In this document: positions 8,437 to 17,763 of the stretch, in pieces
Position numbering within the stretch: the stretch's first letter is position 1
Layout of the letters: the number at the start of each line of letters is the position of its first letter
Source: an uncultured Nitrospiraceae bacterium
GTDB lineage: Bacteria > Nitrospirota > Nitrospiria > Nitrospirales > Nitrospiraceae
Length of the DNA: 64,000 bases
Direction of reading: 5' to 3'
Assembly (NCBI GenBank): GCA_963706325.1
Contig: CAVPLT010000007.1
Span: 480,001 to 544,000, forward strand
Notes under the pieces: generated by a model
The model's input: the letters and a program-made list of their open reading frames with translations, nothing else
The model's database searches: none
What the model was told of the DNA's origin: nothing
Program-made: the position numbers and the translations under genes

Positions 8437-10236
8437 GTGAGAAGGGCGACCTTCGTGCTGACTGTTCTCTCCTGTTTTGTTTCGGGTTGTCAGAGCACAC
8501 CGCCATCCCAAACCGTTCCACCTGCAAGTCCCGCGGTCGCGTCAGTGCCTTCTCGCGCGATTTCGCCACTGTCTGATTCGCGAGCATCGTATCACTTCCT
8601 GCTCGGGTATCAGGCTGAGTTGGAACAGGAGACGGAACGTGCGATCAAGGAATACCAGCTGGCGCTGCAAACGGATACGTCATCCAATTATCTGAAAGCA
8701 CGATTGGCGGTTCTCTACTTCACCACGGGGGATGTGCCGACGGCCGTGCGGTACGCCGATGAAGTCGCAGATGTACCTGGCTTGGATGCGCAGATGCTCG
8801 GCCAAATCGGCGGCATGTATGCCGCTGCGGGGAAGCCGGATCAGGCGTTGCGGTTGTTCAATCGTGCTATCGAGAAAGAACCCCAGCGAAGCGAACATTA
8901 TTTTGCCAAAGGTTTGTTGCTGGCCAATCAGAAACACTATGTTGAAGCAGAGAGCACCATTCGCTCCGGGATCAAGGTGAGTCCCGATTCGGCGGTCGGG
9001 TATTACTATCTGGGCCGCATCAGCGTTGAGGCGCGAGATTTTGACAAAGCGACCACCCATTTCGAGCAGGCGGTGACATTGAACGCAGCGTTTGAACCGG
9101 CCTACGTGGCATTAGGCTCTGTGTATGAAGCCAAGGAAGACCGCGATAAAGCTATCGGCATCTATCGCCGCTACTTGCAAGGGGTCAATCCAAGAAATCG
9201 AGAAATACGGCATCATCTGATTCGTCTGCAGGTGTCGGCGAAACAGTATGATGAAGCGCTTCAAGAGTTGGAGGGTATGCTGGCGGAGGATCCCTCTGAC
9301 CTTGACGCCCAACTTCGAATGGGGCTCGTGTACGGAGAGCAGAAGAACTACCCCAAAGCGATTCAGCAGTTGAATCAGATTCTCACGGTGCGCCCGGCGG
9401 AGCTTAAGGTCCGTGACTACTTAGGATATCTGTATGAAGAGACCAGGAACTACCCGAAAGCCATTGAAGCCTATCGCCACAATCTCACGCTTGAGCCCGC
9501 ATATTTCGAGGGGCATCTCCACCTGGGCGTCCTTCAGTATCGATTGAAGCAGTATGCCGACGCAATAGAGCATCTTAGGGAAGCCAGTCGATTGAATCCC
9601 AAGCAGCCGGAATCTTACATTGTGCTTGGACTCTCGCATTTTCAGTCTGAGCAATATGAGCCATCCCTTCAGGCCTTTCTGGAAGGGATTCGTTACAATC
9701 CGGACAATGCGGACCTGCATTTTAATGCAGGGACGGTGTACGACAAATTGAACCGCTTCGATGACATGGTAAAGTCGATGCAGACGACTCTGACACTGGA
9801 CCCACATCATGCAGATGCGTTGAATTATCTTGGATATAGCTACGCTGAACGTGGCGTGAAAATCGAAGAGGCGATTACGCTGGCGAAGCAGGCCGTCGCG
9901 CTCCGACCCACCAATGGTTACTACGTCGATAGTCTTGCCTGGGCTTTCTTCAAGAAGGGGTTATTGGCGGAAGCCTTGACGGAAATGAAACGAGCAGTGG
10001 CGTTGGTCGGTGACGATCCCGTAATTTACGAACATCTGGGTGAAATTTTCCTCAAGCAGCAACATCTCTCGGATGGGCGAGAGGCTTTGCTGCATTCCCT
10101 CGAGCTCGATCCTTCAAATGACAAACTGATGCAGCGATTCCGTGAACTTGGTTTGGGCGATCCTGCTAATGAAGAACGTATTCGTCAGGCCATTCGCCGC
10201 GTCTCCGACCGCAAAGCGATCCCCCCGATCCAATAA
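8437..10236 (+). CDS. Multi-TPR lipoprotein (LbcA/PA4667-like)
   Basis: Start moved to GTG 8437 behind AGGGAG, giving a lipoprotein signal (VRRATFVLTVLSCFVSGC). Many TPRs; C-terminal ALNYLGYSYAERG...DSLAW...DPVIYEHLG pattern. Confidence 0.75.
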   Translation: MRRATFVLTVLSCFVSGCQSTPPSQTVPPASPAVASVPSRAISPLSDSRASYHFLLGYQAELEQETERAIKEYQLALQTDTSSNYLKARLAVLYFTTGDVPTAVRYADEVADVPGLDAQMLGQIGGMYAAAGKPDQALRLFNRAIEKEPQRSEHYFAKGLLLANQKHYVEAESTIRSGIKVSPDSAVGYYYLGRISVEARDFDKATTHFEQAVTLNAAFEPAYVALGSVYEAKEDRDKAIGIYRRYLQGVNPRNREIRHHLIRLQVSAKQYDEALQELEGMLAEDPSDLDAQLRMGLVYGEQKNYPKAIQQLNQILTVRPAELKVRDYLGYLYEETRNYPKAIEAYRHNLTLEPAYFEGHLHLGVLQYRLKQYADAIEHLREASRLNPKQPESYIVLGLSHFQSEQYEPSLQAFLEGIRYNPDNADLHFNAGTVYDKLNRFDDMVKSMQTTLTLDPHHADALNYLGYSYAERGVKIEEAITLAKQAVALRPTNGYYVDSLAWAFFKKGLLAEALTEMKRAVALVGDDPVIYEHLGEIFLKQQHLSDGREALLHSLELDPSNDKLMQRFRELGLGDPANEERIRQAIRRVSDRKAIPPIQ

Positions 10237-10366
10237 GCTTCTGTTGATGTTTCCCTTTCAGGCTGCCCCGCGTAGCACTCTACCCATTTCATCTAATTCT
10301 TCCTCCTCCCTAAGCGGCCACCTCAATCACATTGGGTGGATTCTCGATGCCGCGTCTGTCCGATTC

Positions 10367-10381
10367 AGCCAATTTTTGGCA
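10367..10381. promoter_or_regulatory. Palindromic candidate enhancer (bEBP/PilR-type UAS) for the first pilin
   Basis: AGCCAATTTTTGGCA, centred about 127 bp upstream of the -24 GG; matches the palindrome in front of the second pilin. Confidence 0.45.
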
Positions 10382-10498
10382 CTTTCCTTCCGAATCCCTT
10401 GGTTCTGAGTAACCCTCGGCCGCTTTCGACATCAAGGTAAGTCCAGAAATATCAATTTTAACGACAGGTTCGGCATCTGTGCTCTCTCGCCCCACGGC

Positions 10499-10515
10499 TT
10501 GGCACAGGGCCTGCT
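10499..10515 (+). promoter_or_regulatory. Sigma-54 -24/-12 promoter of the first pilin
   Basis: TTGGCACAGGGCCTGCT: GG (10501-10502)-N10-GC (10513-10514), close to consensus TGGCAC-N5-TTGC. Confidence 0.7.
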
Positions 10516-10596
10516 TATGGATGAGTTGTTTTTAAAAGGCGTTGATCGGTTGAGGACATGTTGAATGAGCTGTACGAAAGTCTGTGAACTCACACA

Positions 10597-11122
10597 ATGA
10601 CTGAATCGAGGCAAGCAGGTTTCACGCTGATCGAAGTAATGATCGTCGTGGTGATCGTGGGCATCCTGGCTGCCATTGCGATACCAAATTTTCTCCGGTA
10701 TCGGGCGCATGCCATGCAGGCTGAGGCGCGATCCAATCTGGGTGCGATCTATGTTGGAGAAGTGTCGTTCTTCACTGAGCGGAAAGAGTTTGGAAATTTT
10801 ACGGATATTGGATTTGCCATCACTGGAGGGGGCACCAACCGCTACACCTATCGAACCGGCTTGGGTCTCGGGTCCGGCTTGGGGTTAAACGGAGCGAATC
10901 TCTGTGGGACATCTGCAAGCTGCGATACGATTCAGACGGGAGTGCCTACGCCAGGGGCTCGTCACCTTTACGGGACTGGCAGGAGTTGCGGCAACATCGG
11001 TGTCCGGCTTTACGGCGACTGCCGCGGCAAATCTTGATGGCGATGTGACGCATGACGGATGGTACGTCAACGACGCGAAACAAGGCTTGGATTCGGCGGA
11101 GCCTAATGATGTGACAAGTTAA
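10597..11122 (+). pseudogene. Type IV pilin paralogue, frameshifted as sequenced (possibly intact in vivo)
   Basis: Prepilin G|FTLIEVMIVV. The coding frame shifts near GGGG 10954-10957 into the 10904..11122 frame (GLVTFTG...GFTATAAANLDGDVTHDGWYVNDAKQG...NDVTS), which aligns with the C-terminus of the next pilin. Removing one base gives 174 aa. Confidence 0.8.
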
Positions 11123-11135
11123 GTAGTGTCAGCAG

Positions 11136-11150
11136 TGCCAAAACTTGTCA
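11136..11150. promoter_or_regulatory. Palindromic candidate enhancer (bEBP/PilR-type UAS) for pilA
   Basis: TGCCAAAACTTGTCA, centred about 124 bp upstream of the -24 GG; further TGACAAG and TGTCA motifs at 11112-11131. Confidence 0.45.
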
Positions 11151-11263
11151 TCTGGGGACGGAAAAAGGAATCTGGCAACCGGGAAAGTTCAAGGCCTCAG
11201 TCGATCCGTAAATATAAATGATTGGTAAATCGTATGAATTACAAGAACTGCAGGAAGGAGGTG

Positions 11264-11281
11264 TTGGGCATAGAATCTGCT
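11264..11281 (+). promoter_or_regulatory. Sigma-54 -24/-12 promoter of pilA
   Basis: TTGGGCATAGAATCTGCT: GG (11267-11268)-N10-GC (11279-11280), preceded by an AT-rich spacer. Confidence 0.6.
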
Positions 11282-11383
11282 ATTCCCAAGATCTGCTAGG
11301 TTTGAAAGAGCTGTGTTGTGAAGGACAGTGGAAGTGAAAGTCAGCGTTGGTGAACGTAATACAATAGGAAAGGGAGGAAGTCC

Positions 11384-11905
11384 ATGCTGAAGCAAGTCAA
11401 AGGTCAAAAGGGTTTCACATTGATTGAGTTGATGATCGTCGTAGCGATTATCGGTATCTTGGCGGCCATTGCCATTCCCAACTTCTTGCGCTACCAGGCG
11501 AAGTCGCGTCAGTCGGAAGCCAAGACGAACCTGGGCGCGATCTTCGTGGCGGAGACGGCTTATCTCAGCGAACAGTCGCGTTACGGGAGCTTCTCAGAAA
11601 TCGGGTATGCGCTTGCCGGGACGACGAATCGCTACAACTATCGCAGCCCGGCCATCGGTGGAAACGGTGCTTCGTCAAATACTGTTGGTCTTGATCAGAT
11701 TCCCTGTGGTGCTCCAGTCGGTTGCACGGTGGCGACGGATGCATCTCCGGCAGTACCTTCTCTTGCTAGCACAACCGCCGGTGCGGTGGGCTTCACCGCC
11801 TCTGCTGTAGCCAGCATCGACAATGATCCGACCATAGACGGTTGGTCCGTCAATGATGTCAAGGCAGGACTTACGGGTGCGGTTCCTGACGACGTGATCA
11901 GCTAA
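11384..11905 (+). CDS. pilA: Type IV major pilin (Myxococcus PilA-like)
   Basis: [27 protein letters not shown]...QSEAKTNL; strong RBS GGGAGGA; own promoter and terminator; C-terminal Ser. Confidence 0.92.
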   Translation: MLKQVKGQKGFTLIELMIVVAIIGILAAIAIPNFLRYQAKSRQSEAKTNLGAIFVAETAYLSEQSRYGSFSEIGYALAGTTNRYNYRSPAIGGNGASSNTVGLDQIPCGAPVGCTVATDASPAVPSLASTTAGAVGFTASAVASIDNDPTIDGWSVNDVKAGLTGAVPDDVIS

Positions 11906-11931
11906 GGATCAGTCGCAGGGCTTCTTCGCTG

Positions 11932-11962
11932 CGGGGGAGGAACGTCGTTCCTCCCCCGTTTT
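11932..11962 (+). terminator. Rho-independent terminator after pilA
   Basis: Perfect 12-bp stem CGGGGGAGGAAC/GTTCCTCCCCCG, loop GTC, followed by TTTT. Confidence 0.85.
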
Positions 11963-12121
11963 CATTCTAGCTGACCCATCGACGAATCTCTCGTCCAAGG
12001 TCTCAGGTTCTTTTTGGAGCCCACGATTCGTCCAGCCGCGGTATTCAAATTTTCTTTTCCAAATTGGGCTTGTCTGATAAAGCAGGAGAGATCCGCTTCG
12101 TCACGTGATCAAGGCTCCGCT

Positions 12122-14119
12122 ATGAATATGCTGCCTTCCATTTCGTTGCTGGTGATCAGCGCACTCGTGCTCTTCTCTCCTCTGCAGGAGGGCGGCACGA
12201 CTCATTCGGCGCAAATGATCATCAGGCTGTTGATCCTGACGTGGTTCGGAATGGTTTTGGCGACCGGCATTCGAGCGAGGCGTCTCGCCGTCCCTATGCT
12301 TACGTTGAGGTACGCAGTAATAGCGTTTGTCGGATTGGCCTTAATGGCGACAATCCTTTCGCCCTATGTCCACGCGAGCCGACAGTGGTTGATCATGATC
12401 GCGTGGTACGCGACGTTGTTCTATTTGCTTGTCTCATTCGTCGACCGGTGGGAGCATATTCGTACGCTGACCGTCGTGATCGTACTGATGGGCGTAGGAG
12501 AAGCAAGCTGGGCCATCGTGCAAGGATGGGCGTGGAATGTCTCGAGGCCCAGCGGTACGTTCTTCAACCCCAACTTTCTTGCCGGATATCTCACGGTGAC
12601 TTGGACGATCATATTGAGTGTCGCAATCTACGGCTATCGACCGGCCTCGGCATTTTCACGTCCGTGGATGTCACCCGTTCTATGGTGGCTTGGACTTGGC
12701 ACGGCGTTGGGCAGTCTGCTTTGTGCGGTGTTATTGACCCAGTCTCGCGGAGGCATGATCGTCTGCCTTGTCGGGACGGTCTTTGTGCTGACGGCTCGGT
12801 TTGGATGGAAAGTAGCCGGCGGCTGTGCGGCGGCGGTTGTGTCGCTCGGATTGTTTCTCCCGACGCCGATTCGTGATCGGGTGTTGGCGGAGCATCAACA
12901 GAATCCTGTCTCCTATGCCCGCTGGCAGATGTGGCAGGGAGCGGTCACACAAATGATCGATCATCCCCTGGGAATTGGGCTGGGACTCTATCAGTACACC
13001 TATCCCCTCTATGCGTTCCCTGTTGATGGTGAGATTTCCCGTTTTGGAAAAATCGCCCAGACACCCCATAACGATTACCTTCAGATGGGCGTCGAGATGG
13101 GGCCAGGAGCAATCCTTGTGTTTGGGATCGGGGTTGTTCTGCTCATCCGGGAATTGCGACACGTGCTTCAGTCGCGATTGCGACGCTGGCAGCGGAGTCT
13201 CATTGCGGGTATCGGGGGTGGTGTGATCGCGCTCTTGGTACACGCCGCACTTGATTCTAGTTTGCGCGAGTCCGCCCTTGCGATCCTGCTGGTAATCTGT
13301 GGCGGGCTGATTGTGTCTGCCGCAAGGCTCACGCGCAGGGGATTCGATTCCGTCTATGTTATTTCGATTCATTCTCGCTGGGCATGGGGAATCGGTGCGG
13401 CATGTCTGGTACTGGTGGCCGGCGTTGAGGTGACGCGACTGGGGGTCGCGTGGATGAAGTTTGATGCCGCCTCTCGTCGAGCCATGGCAGGGGATACCGA
13501 TGCAGCGATCGAAGGATTGAAGGCGGCTGTGGCAATGGATCCGGGCAAGACGCTCTACCATCACGGCTTGGGATCGGTCTATGCGAGGGCATTTGAAGTT
13601 TCCGGTGATAAGCAGGTCTTTCAATTGGCATATGCGGAATTTACACGAGCAATCGAACTGAATCCGCTCGATAGCCGCCTGCTCGGGCTGCTTGGGCAGC
13701 TCTATGTTTCCGCGACTCAAGTTCCCGCTGCATTTACGGCATCCAATGATCAGCAAAAAGTCTGGTTGCGTGCGGCGGTCCAAGTTTACGAACGAGCCAT
13801 CCAGCTCGCGCCGTTTTCCGCGATGTATCGATACGAACAGGCGCGACTCTATTGGATGTTGGGGGCGCGGAGTGACGCTGAACGTCGGGCAAAAGACGCG
13901 GAGAATCTGGAACCAAATTTTTTGCCTGCTCGTGCCTTATTGGCCCGCTTGTGGATTGAAGAGGGGCAGGTCGATCAGGCAAGAGATCAGGTGCGTGAAA
14001 TTCTTGCGCGCCAGGCACGCTACAAGCAGTGGAACAAGAATAGCCTAGATCAGGCATTTTTGAATGTCGATGTCGCCCCGCTTCAGGCCGCAGTTGGCAA
14101 AACGGCGGTCCCCGGATGA
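12122..14119 (+). CDS. O-antigen ligase (Wzy_C) family membrane protein with C-terminal TPRs; candidate pilin O-oligosaccharyltransferase
   Basis: Multiple TM helices, GTFFNPNFLAG, TQSRGG, R..MW, GIGLG and PHNDYLQMGVEMG Wzy_C motifs, TPR tail. Start moved to ATG 12122. Confidence 0.8.
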   Translation: MNMLPSISLLVISALVLFSPLQEGGTTHSAQMIIRLLILTWFGMVLATGIRARRLAVPMLTLRYAVIAFVGLALMATILSPYVHASRQWLIMIAWYATLFYLLVSFVDRWEHIRTLTVVIVLMGVGEASWAIVQGWAWNVSRPSGTFFNPNFLAGYLTVTWTIILSVAIYGYRPASAFSRPWMSPVLWWLGLGTALGSLLCAVLLTQSRGGMIVCLVGTVFVLTARFGWKVAGGCAAAVVSLGLFLPTPIRDRVLAEHQQNPVSYARWQMWQGAVTQMIDHPLGIGLGLYQYTYPLYAFPVDGEISRFGKIAQTPHNDYLQMGVEMGPGAILVFGIGVVLLIRELRHVLQSRLRRWQRSLIAGIGGGVIALLVHAALDSSLRESALAILLVICGGLIVSAARLTRRGFDSVYVISIHSRWAWGIGAACLVLVAGVEVTRLGVAWMKFDAASRRAMAGDTDAAIEGLKAAVAMDPGKTLYHHGLGSVYARAFEVSGDKQVFQLAYAEFTRAIELNPLDSRLLGLLGQLYVSATQVPAAFTASNDQQKVWLRAAVQVYERAIQLAPFSAMYRYEQARLYWMLGARSDAERRAKDAENLEPNFLPARALLARLWIEEGQVDQARDQVREILARQARYKQWNKNSLDQAFLNVDVAPLQAAVGKTAVPG

Positions 14120-15069
14120 AACGCATTCGATACCTATCGATCGTGAGGAAAGGGTTGATTCATGCCGCCTTTGGGCTGATTCTCCTCGCAAGTTCTTCGG
14201 TGTTGCTTTACTTCCTGGATGGGCAACGGACTACTGTGGCGCGAGCCGAGCAGTTGGCCTATCTCCCCAAAGGAGAATATTTGAAATTGGCGGTACTCGG
14301 CTATCGGCATGTCGTCGCCGACCTTATCTGGCTGCAGGCCGTTCAGCACATTGGCGCTAAAAGAGATACGCAGCGTGGGTATGCCTGGACCTATCATGCC
14401 GTGGATGTCCTGACGGATCTGGATCCCACGTTTGTTCCGCCCTACCAGGCTACCGGCCTTTTCCTTGGTGTACTGGTGGGACGTCAGGAAGAAGGCCTGG
14501 CCATTTTAACCAAGGGCATTCGCCACAATCCGTCGAATTGGCAGCTGCCATTCTTGGCTGGCTATATTTCGTATTACGAGCTCTGTAATCCGGTTGCGAG
14601 CGGGGAATATTTTCGGATTGCGGCGAGCATCCCCGGCGCTCCGGCTTATCTGCCTAAGTTGGCCGCACGCATGACGTTGGAGAGTGGGGACCCCACAGCG
14701 GCGCTCGAATTCCTGGACCGCTTTTCTCGGAGCGTCACCGACGAACGGGTGCGCGAGGCCCTTTTGCATCGTATGAAAGAAATCATCCAGGAAAAAGACC
14801 TGCGTTTCCTGGACGAGAGCATTCGGCGTTATCGAGCGAAGTATGGGCAGCCCCCAGCGAAGCTCGAGGATCTGATGCTGCATGGGGTTATTCAGCAGCT
14901 GCCTACGGACCCCTTGGGCGGGGAGTATGAGGTCGAGGCCTTCAGTGGAGTTGTGCGTGCGACCTCAAAGGGTGACCGGCTCCGTATTCACGAAAAGGTG
15001 GCCTGTCATGCAAAGGCTGGGGATGTGAAGCCCAAGGCATGGGCAAATCCACTTGCTGCTCTCGAATGA
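14116..15069 (+). CDS. PilG-like membrane-anchored TPR protein with a GspG-like C-terminal segment
   Basis: N-terminal TM; ADLIWLQAVQ and TDLDPTF motifs; C-terminal YRAKYGQPP..LEDL...LPTDPLGGEY; lies between pilA and the ABC genes as pilG does in Myxococcus pilAGHI. Confidence 0.6.
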   Translation: MKRIRYLSIVRKGLIHAAFGLILLASSSVLLYFLDGQRTTVARAEQLAYLPKGEYLKLAVLGYRHVVADLIWLQAVQHIGAKRDTQRGYAWTYHAVDVLTDLDPTFVPPYQATGLFLGVLVGRQEEGLAILTKGIRHNPSNWQLPFLAGYISYYELCNPVASGEYFRIAASIPGAPAYLPKLAARMTLESGDPTAALEFLDRFSRSVTDERVREALLHRMKEIIQEKDLRFLDESIRRYRAKYGQPPAKLEDLMLHGVIQQLPTDPLGGEYEVEAFSGVVRATSKGDRLRIHEKVACHAKAGDVKPKAWANPLAALE

Positions 15070-15083
15070 GGATGGAGGCGTTC

Positions 15084-16055
15084 GTGGACGATATTGTCAC
15101 AGAAGATCTGAGTAAATCGTACCCCTCCGGTTGGCCTGGCCGTCCGCCTTTTGTGGCATTGGATGGACTTTCACTCACGGTCTGTCGGGGAGAAATTTTT
15201 GGCTTTCTCGGCCCGAACGGTGCCGGAAAGACCACGACCTTGAAAATCCTTCTAGGACTGGTTCGCGCGACCAGCGGACGGGCTCTTCTGTTCGGTGAAC
15301 CTGCGGGTGATGTGACGACTCGTCGACGTATAGGGTTTTTGCCGGAGTCGCCTTATTTCTATGATTACTTGACCGCAGAAGAATTCCTCGGCTTTTACGG
15401 GCAATTAGCCGGCTTGAGCCGCGCAGTCACTGCTCAGCGTGTGGACGATCTTTTGCAACTCGTGGGGCTGGTCGAGGCGCGCACGAGACCATTGCGAAAA
15501 TTTTCTAAAGGGATGTTGCAACGTATCGGACTTGCTCAAGCGCTTATCCACGATCCCGAACTGGTGATTCTCGATGAGCCCATGACCGGCTTGGACCCGG
15601 TCGGAAGAAAACAGGTGCGTGACCTGATTCTGAGTCTGCGCGATCAAGGGAAAACGGTTTTTTTTAGCACACATATTTTGCACGACGTCGAAATGATCTG
15701 TGACCGCGTCGGTATTGTCATGAGGGGGCGGCTGGTGGCCAGTGGTCGAGTCGACGAACTGGTCCGGCAAGACCATATTCAGTCGGTCGAAATCGTGTGT
15801 CAGCATATCAAGGTGGAAGGCAATATATATATTCAGTCGCTCGCGTCACGTGTGTTGCAACAGGGTCAACAGTGCCTGATCGTATTGCCGAATCCGGACG
15901 CGGTGGATGCCATCGTCGGCGAGATCCGGCGTCAAGGTGGTCGACTTCTGTCCATAACCCCTCATAAGGCGTCGCTGGAGGATTTGTTTTTCCATGAGGC
16001 TGCGCAAGAAGTCTCACGGGTAGCGGCGCATATGACCAGTGGGAGGGCATCCTGA
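15084..16055 (+). CDS. ABC transporter ATP-binding protein (PilH-like)
   Basis: GPNGAGKT, FSKGM signature, LDEP, STH. GTG 15084 behind GGAGG (ATG 15066 is an alternative start). Confidence 0.85.
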   Translation: MDDIVTEDLSKSYPSGWPGRPPFVALDGLSLTVCRGEIFGFLGPNGAGKTTTLKILLGLVRATSGRALLFGEPAGDVTTRRRIGFLPESPYFYDYLTAEEFLGFYGQLAGLSRAVTAQRVDDLLQLVGLVEARTRPLRKFSKGMLQRIGLAQALIHDPELVILDEPMTGLDPVGRKQVRDLILSLRDQGKTVFFSTHILHDVEMICDRVGIVMRGRLVASGRVDELVRQDHIQSVEIVCQHIKVEGNIYIQSLASRVLQQGQQCLIVLPNPDAVDAIVGEIRRQGGRLLSITPHKASLEDLFFHEAAQEVSRVAAHMTSGRAS

Positions 16056-16056
16056 T

Positions 16057-16821
16057 ATGGGTGTAATCGCGGTCATTGCATTGAATGCATTCCGTGAAAG
16101 TCTGCGGGATAAGATTCTCTACAATTTGGTGCTGTTCGCCGGGTTGCTCATCGGACTCTCGGTGCTGCTCGCAGACCTTTCCATTACCGAGCATCACAAG
16201 GTAATTGCGGACATGGGCCTGGCGGCGATCAATCTTATCGGCGTTATTATTGCCATTTTCGTGGGCATCAGTCTGGTCAATAAGGAAATCGAACGACGTA
16301 CGATCTATACGATCATGGCCAGGCCGATCAGCCGCGCCTTTTTCATCATGGGCAAGTATTTCGGTCTGGCTTTGACACTCTTTGTAAATATGGCAGTCAT
16401 GCTGGCCGTGTTCCTGCTCACTCTCTGGCTCTACCACGTGCCGATTGAGCGCTCCCTGTTCCAGGCCGTGCAATTGATCTTTGTCGAGGTACTGGTGGTG
16501 ACGGCGATCGCGCTCCTCTTTTCGACGTTCACGTCTTCGACGCTCAGCGCTATCTTTACATTGGGTCTGTATGTCATCGGGCATCTCACGGCGGACCTGA
16601 GAGCGATGGTGGTGAACAGTGAAGGCGGGTTCGGGAAGGCAGTGGTGAACCTGTTGTATTACCTGCTCCCGAATCTGGAAATGCTCAATATCAAGGGCCA
16701 GGCGGCTGTGGGCGTTGTGGCGGCACCGGAGTATATGATGCTCGCGTCCCTGTATGGTTTGCTGTATGCGGGGGTGCTGGTGACGGGAGCCTGCCTGGTA
16801 TTTCAGCGGCGCGATTTCTGA
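16057..16821 (+). CDS. ABC-2 type permease (PilI-like)
   Basis: NAFRESLRDK, EIERRTIYTIMARPISR, six TM segments, C-terminal FQRRDF. Confidence 0.85.
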   Translation: MGVIAVIALNAFRESLRDKILYNLVLFAGLLIGLSVLLADLSITEHHKVIADMGLAAINLIGVIIAIFVGISLVNKEIERRTIYTIMARPISRAFFIMGKYFGLALTLFVNMAVMLAVFLLTLWLYHVPIERSLFQAVQLIFVEVLVVTAIALLFSTFTSSTLSAIFTLGLYVIGHLTADLRAMVVNSEGGFGKAVVNLLYYLLPNLEMLNIKGQAAVGVVAAPEYMMLASLYGLLYAGVLVTGACLVFQRRDF

Positions 16822-16938
16822 CCCACGGCCGTGACATATCGGTGTGCTGAAGCGGAGTGCCAGTCTTAACACCGATCGGTCGTTCCCACTTATACCCGTG
16901 CCGGCCGGACGGCGCGGTTCTCAGCAAAAGGCTACGAA

Positions 16939-17763
16939 ATGCTGTCGCGGCAATACGGCTTTTCTCCCCTCATGGTGTTCACCAGCATGTCCTCGCACTG
17001 GAATCTGCTTCGCCAACTGACCAAGCGTGAGATCGCCGGCCGCTATCGAGGATCGTTGCTGGGAGTACTATGGGCGTTCCTGCATCCGATGGTCATGTTG
17101 GGCATGTATACGATGGTGTTCAGGGGCGCCTTGGGCATGCGGTGGGGGCGGGAAGGCGAGAGTGCATTGGATTTCGGTCTGTTGTTGTTCTCAGGTTTGA
17201 TCATCCATGCCTTGTTTTCTGAAAGTATTCATCGCGCGCCCTACCTGATCGTGAATCATAGTAACTACGTGAAAAAAATTGTTTTCCCACTTGAGATCCT
17301 GGCCTGGAGTTCACTTGGGGCAGCACTCTTTCACGCGACGATCAGTGTGCTTGTGCTGATCGCTTTTTACGGCCTGCTTCACCATTCGCTGCATTGGACT
17401 ATGTTGCTCATCCCTGTTCTGCTTCTGCCATTGGTCCTGGTGACGATTGGAATCTCCTGGTTTCTCGCATCAGCCGGTGTATTTTTGCGGGATCTCGGCC
17501 ACGCCAGTGGACCGGTCACCACCGTGATGTTGTTTCTTTCGCCGGTGTTCTATCCGGCCTCGGCATTTCCTGATTCCTATCGGTTCTTGCTGTACGCGAA
17601 TCCGCTCACCTTCCTCATTACCCAAGCTCAGGATATGCTCATTTGGGGCAAGGCTCCGTCCTGGGCGGCCATAGGCCTCTATTGTGTATGCAGCTACCTG
17701 ATCGCATGGGGCGGCCTCCTGTGGTTTCAGAAGACACGAAAGGCATTCGCCGATGTCCTCTGA
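16939..17763 (+). CDS. wzm: Polysaccharide ABC exporter permease
   Basis: REIAGRYRGSLLGVLW, NYVKKIVFPLE, FLRD, SPVFYP, NPL and FADVL motifs. Confidence 0.9.
   Translation: MLSRQYGFSPLMVFTSMSSHWNLLRQLTKREIAGRYRGSLLGVLWAFLHPMVMLGMYTMVFRGALGMRWGREGESALDFGLLLFSGLIIHALFSESIHRAPYLIVNHSNYVKKIVFPLEILAWSSLGAALFHATISVLVLIAFYGLLHHSLHWTMLLIPVLLLPLVLVTIGISWFLASAGVFLRDLGHASGPVTTVMLFLSPVFYPASAFPDSYRFLLYANPLTFLITQAQDMLIWGKAPSWAAIGLYCVCSYLIAWGGLLWFQKTRKAFADVL

Noticed and set aside
10954..10957. Programmed phase variation by slipped-strand mispairing at the G run
   Set aside because: A 4-nt run is too short for a typical contingency locus, and similar lesions occur in unrelated genes in the window.
11384..11905. 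PilA as a conductive e-pilin (aromatics at mature positions 1, 24, 27, 50 and 57)
   Set aside because: Only 12 aromatic residues in 163 (about 7%) and a 50-residue aromatic-free gap (Y76-F127); it looks like an ordinary long Myxococcus-type pilin.
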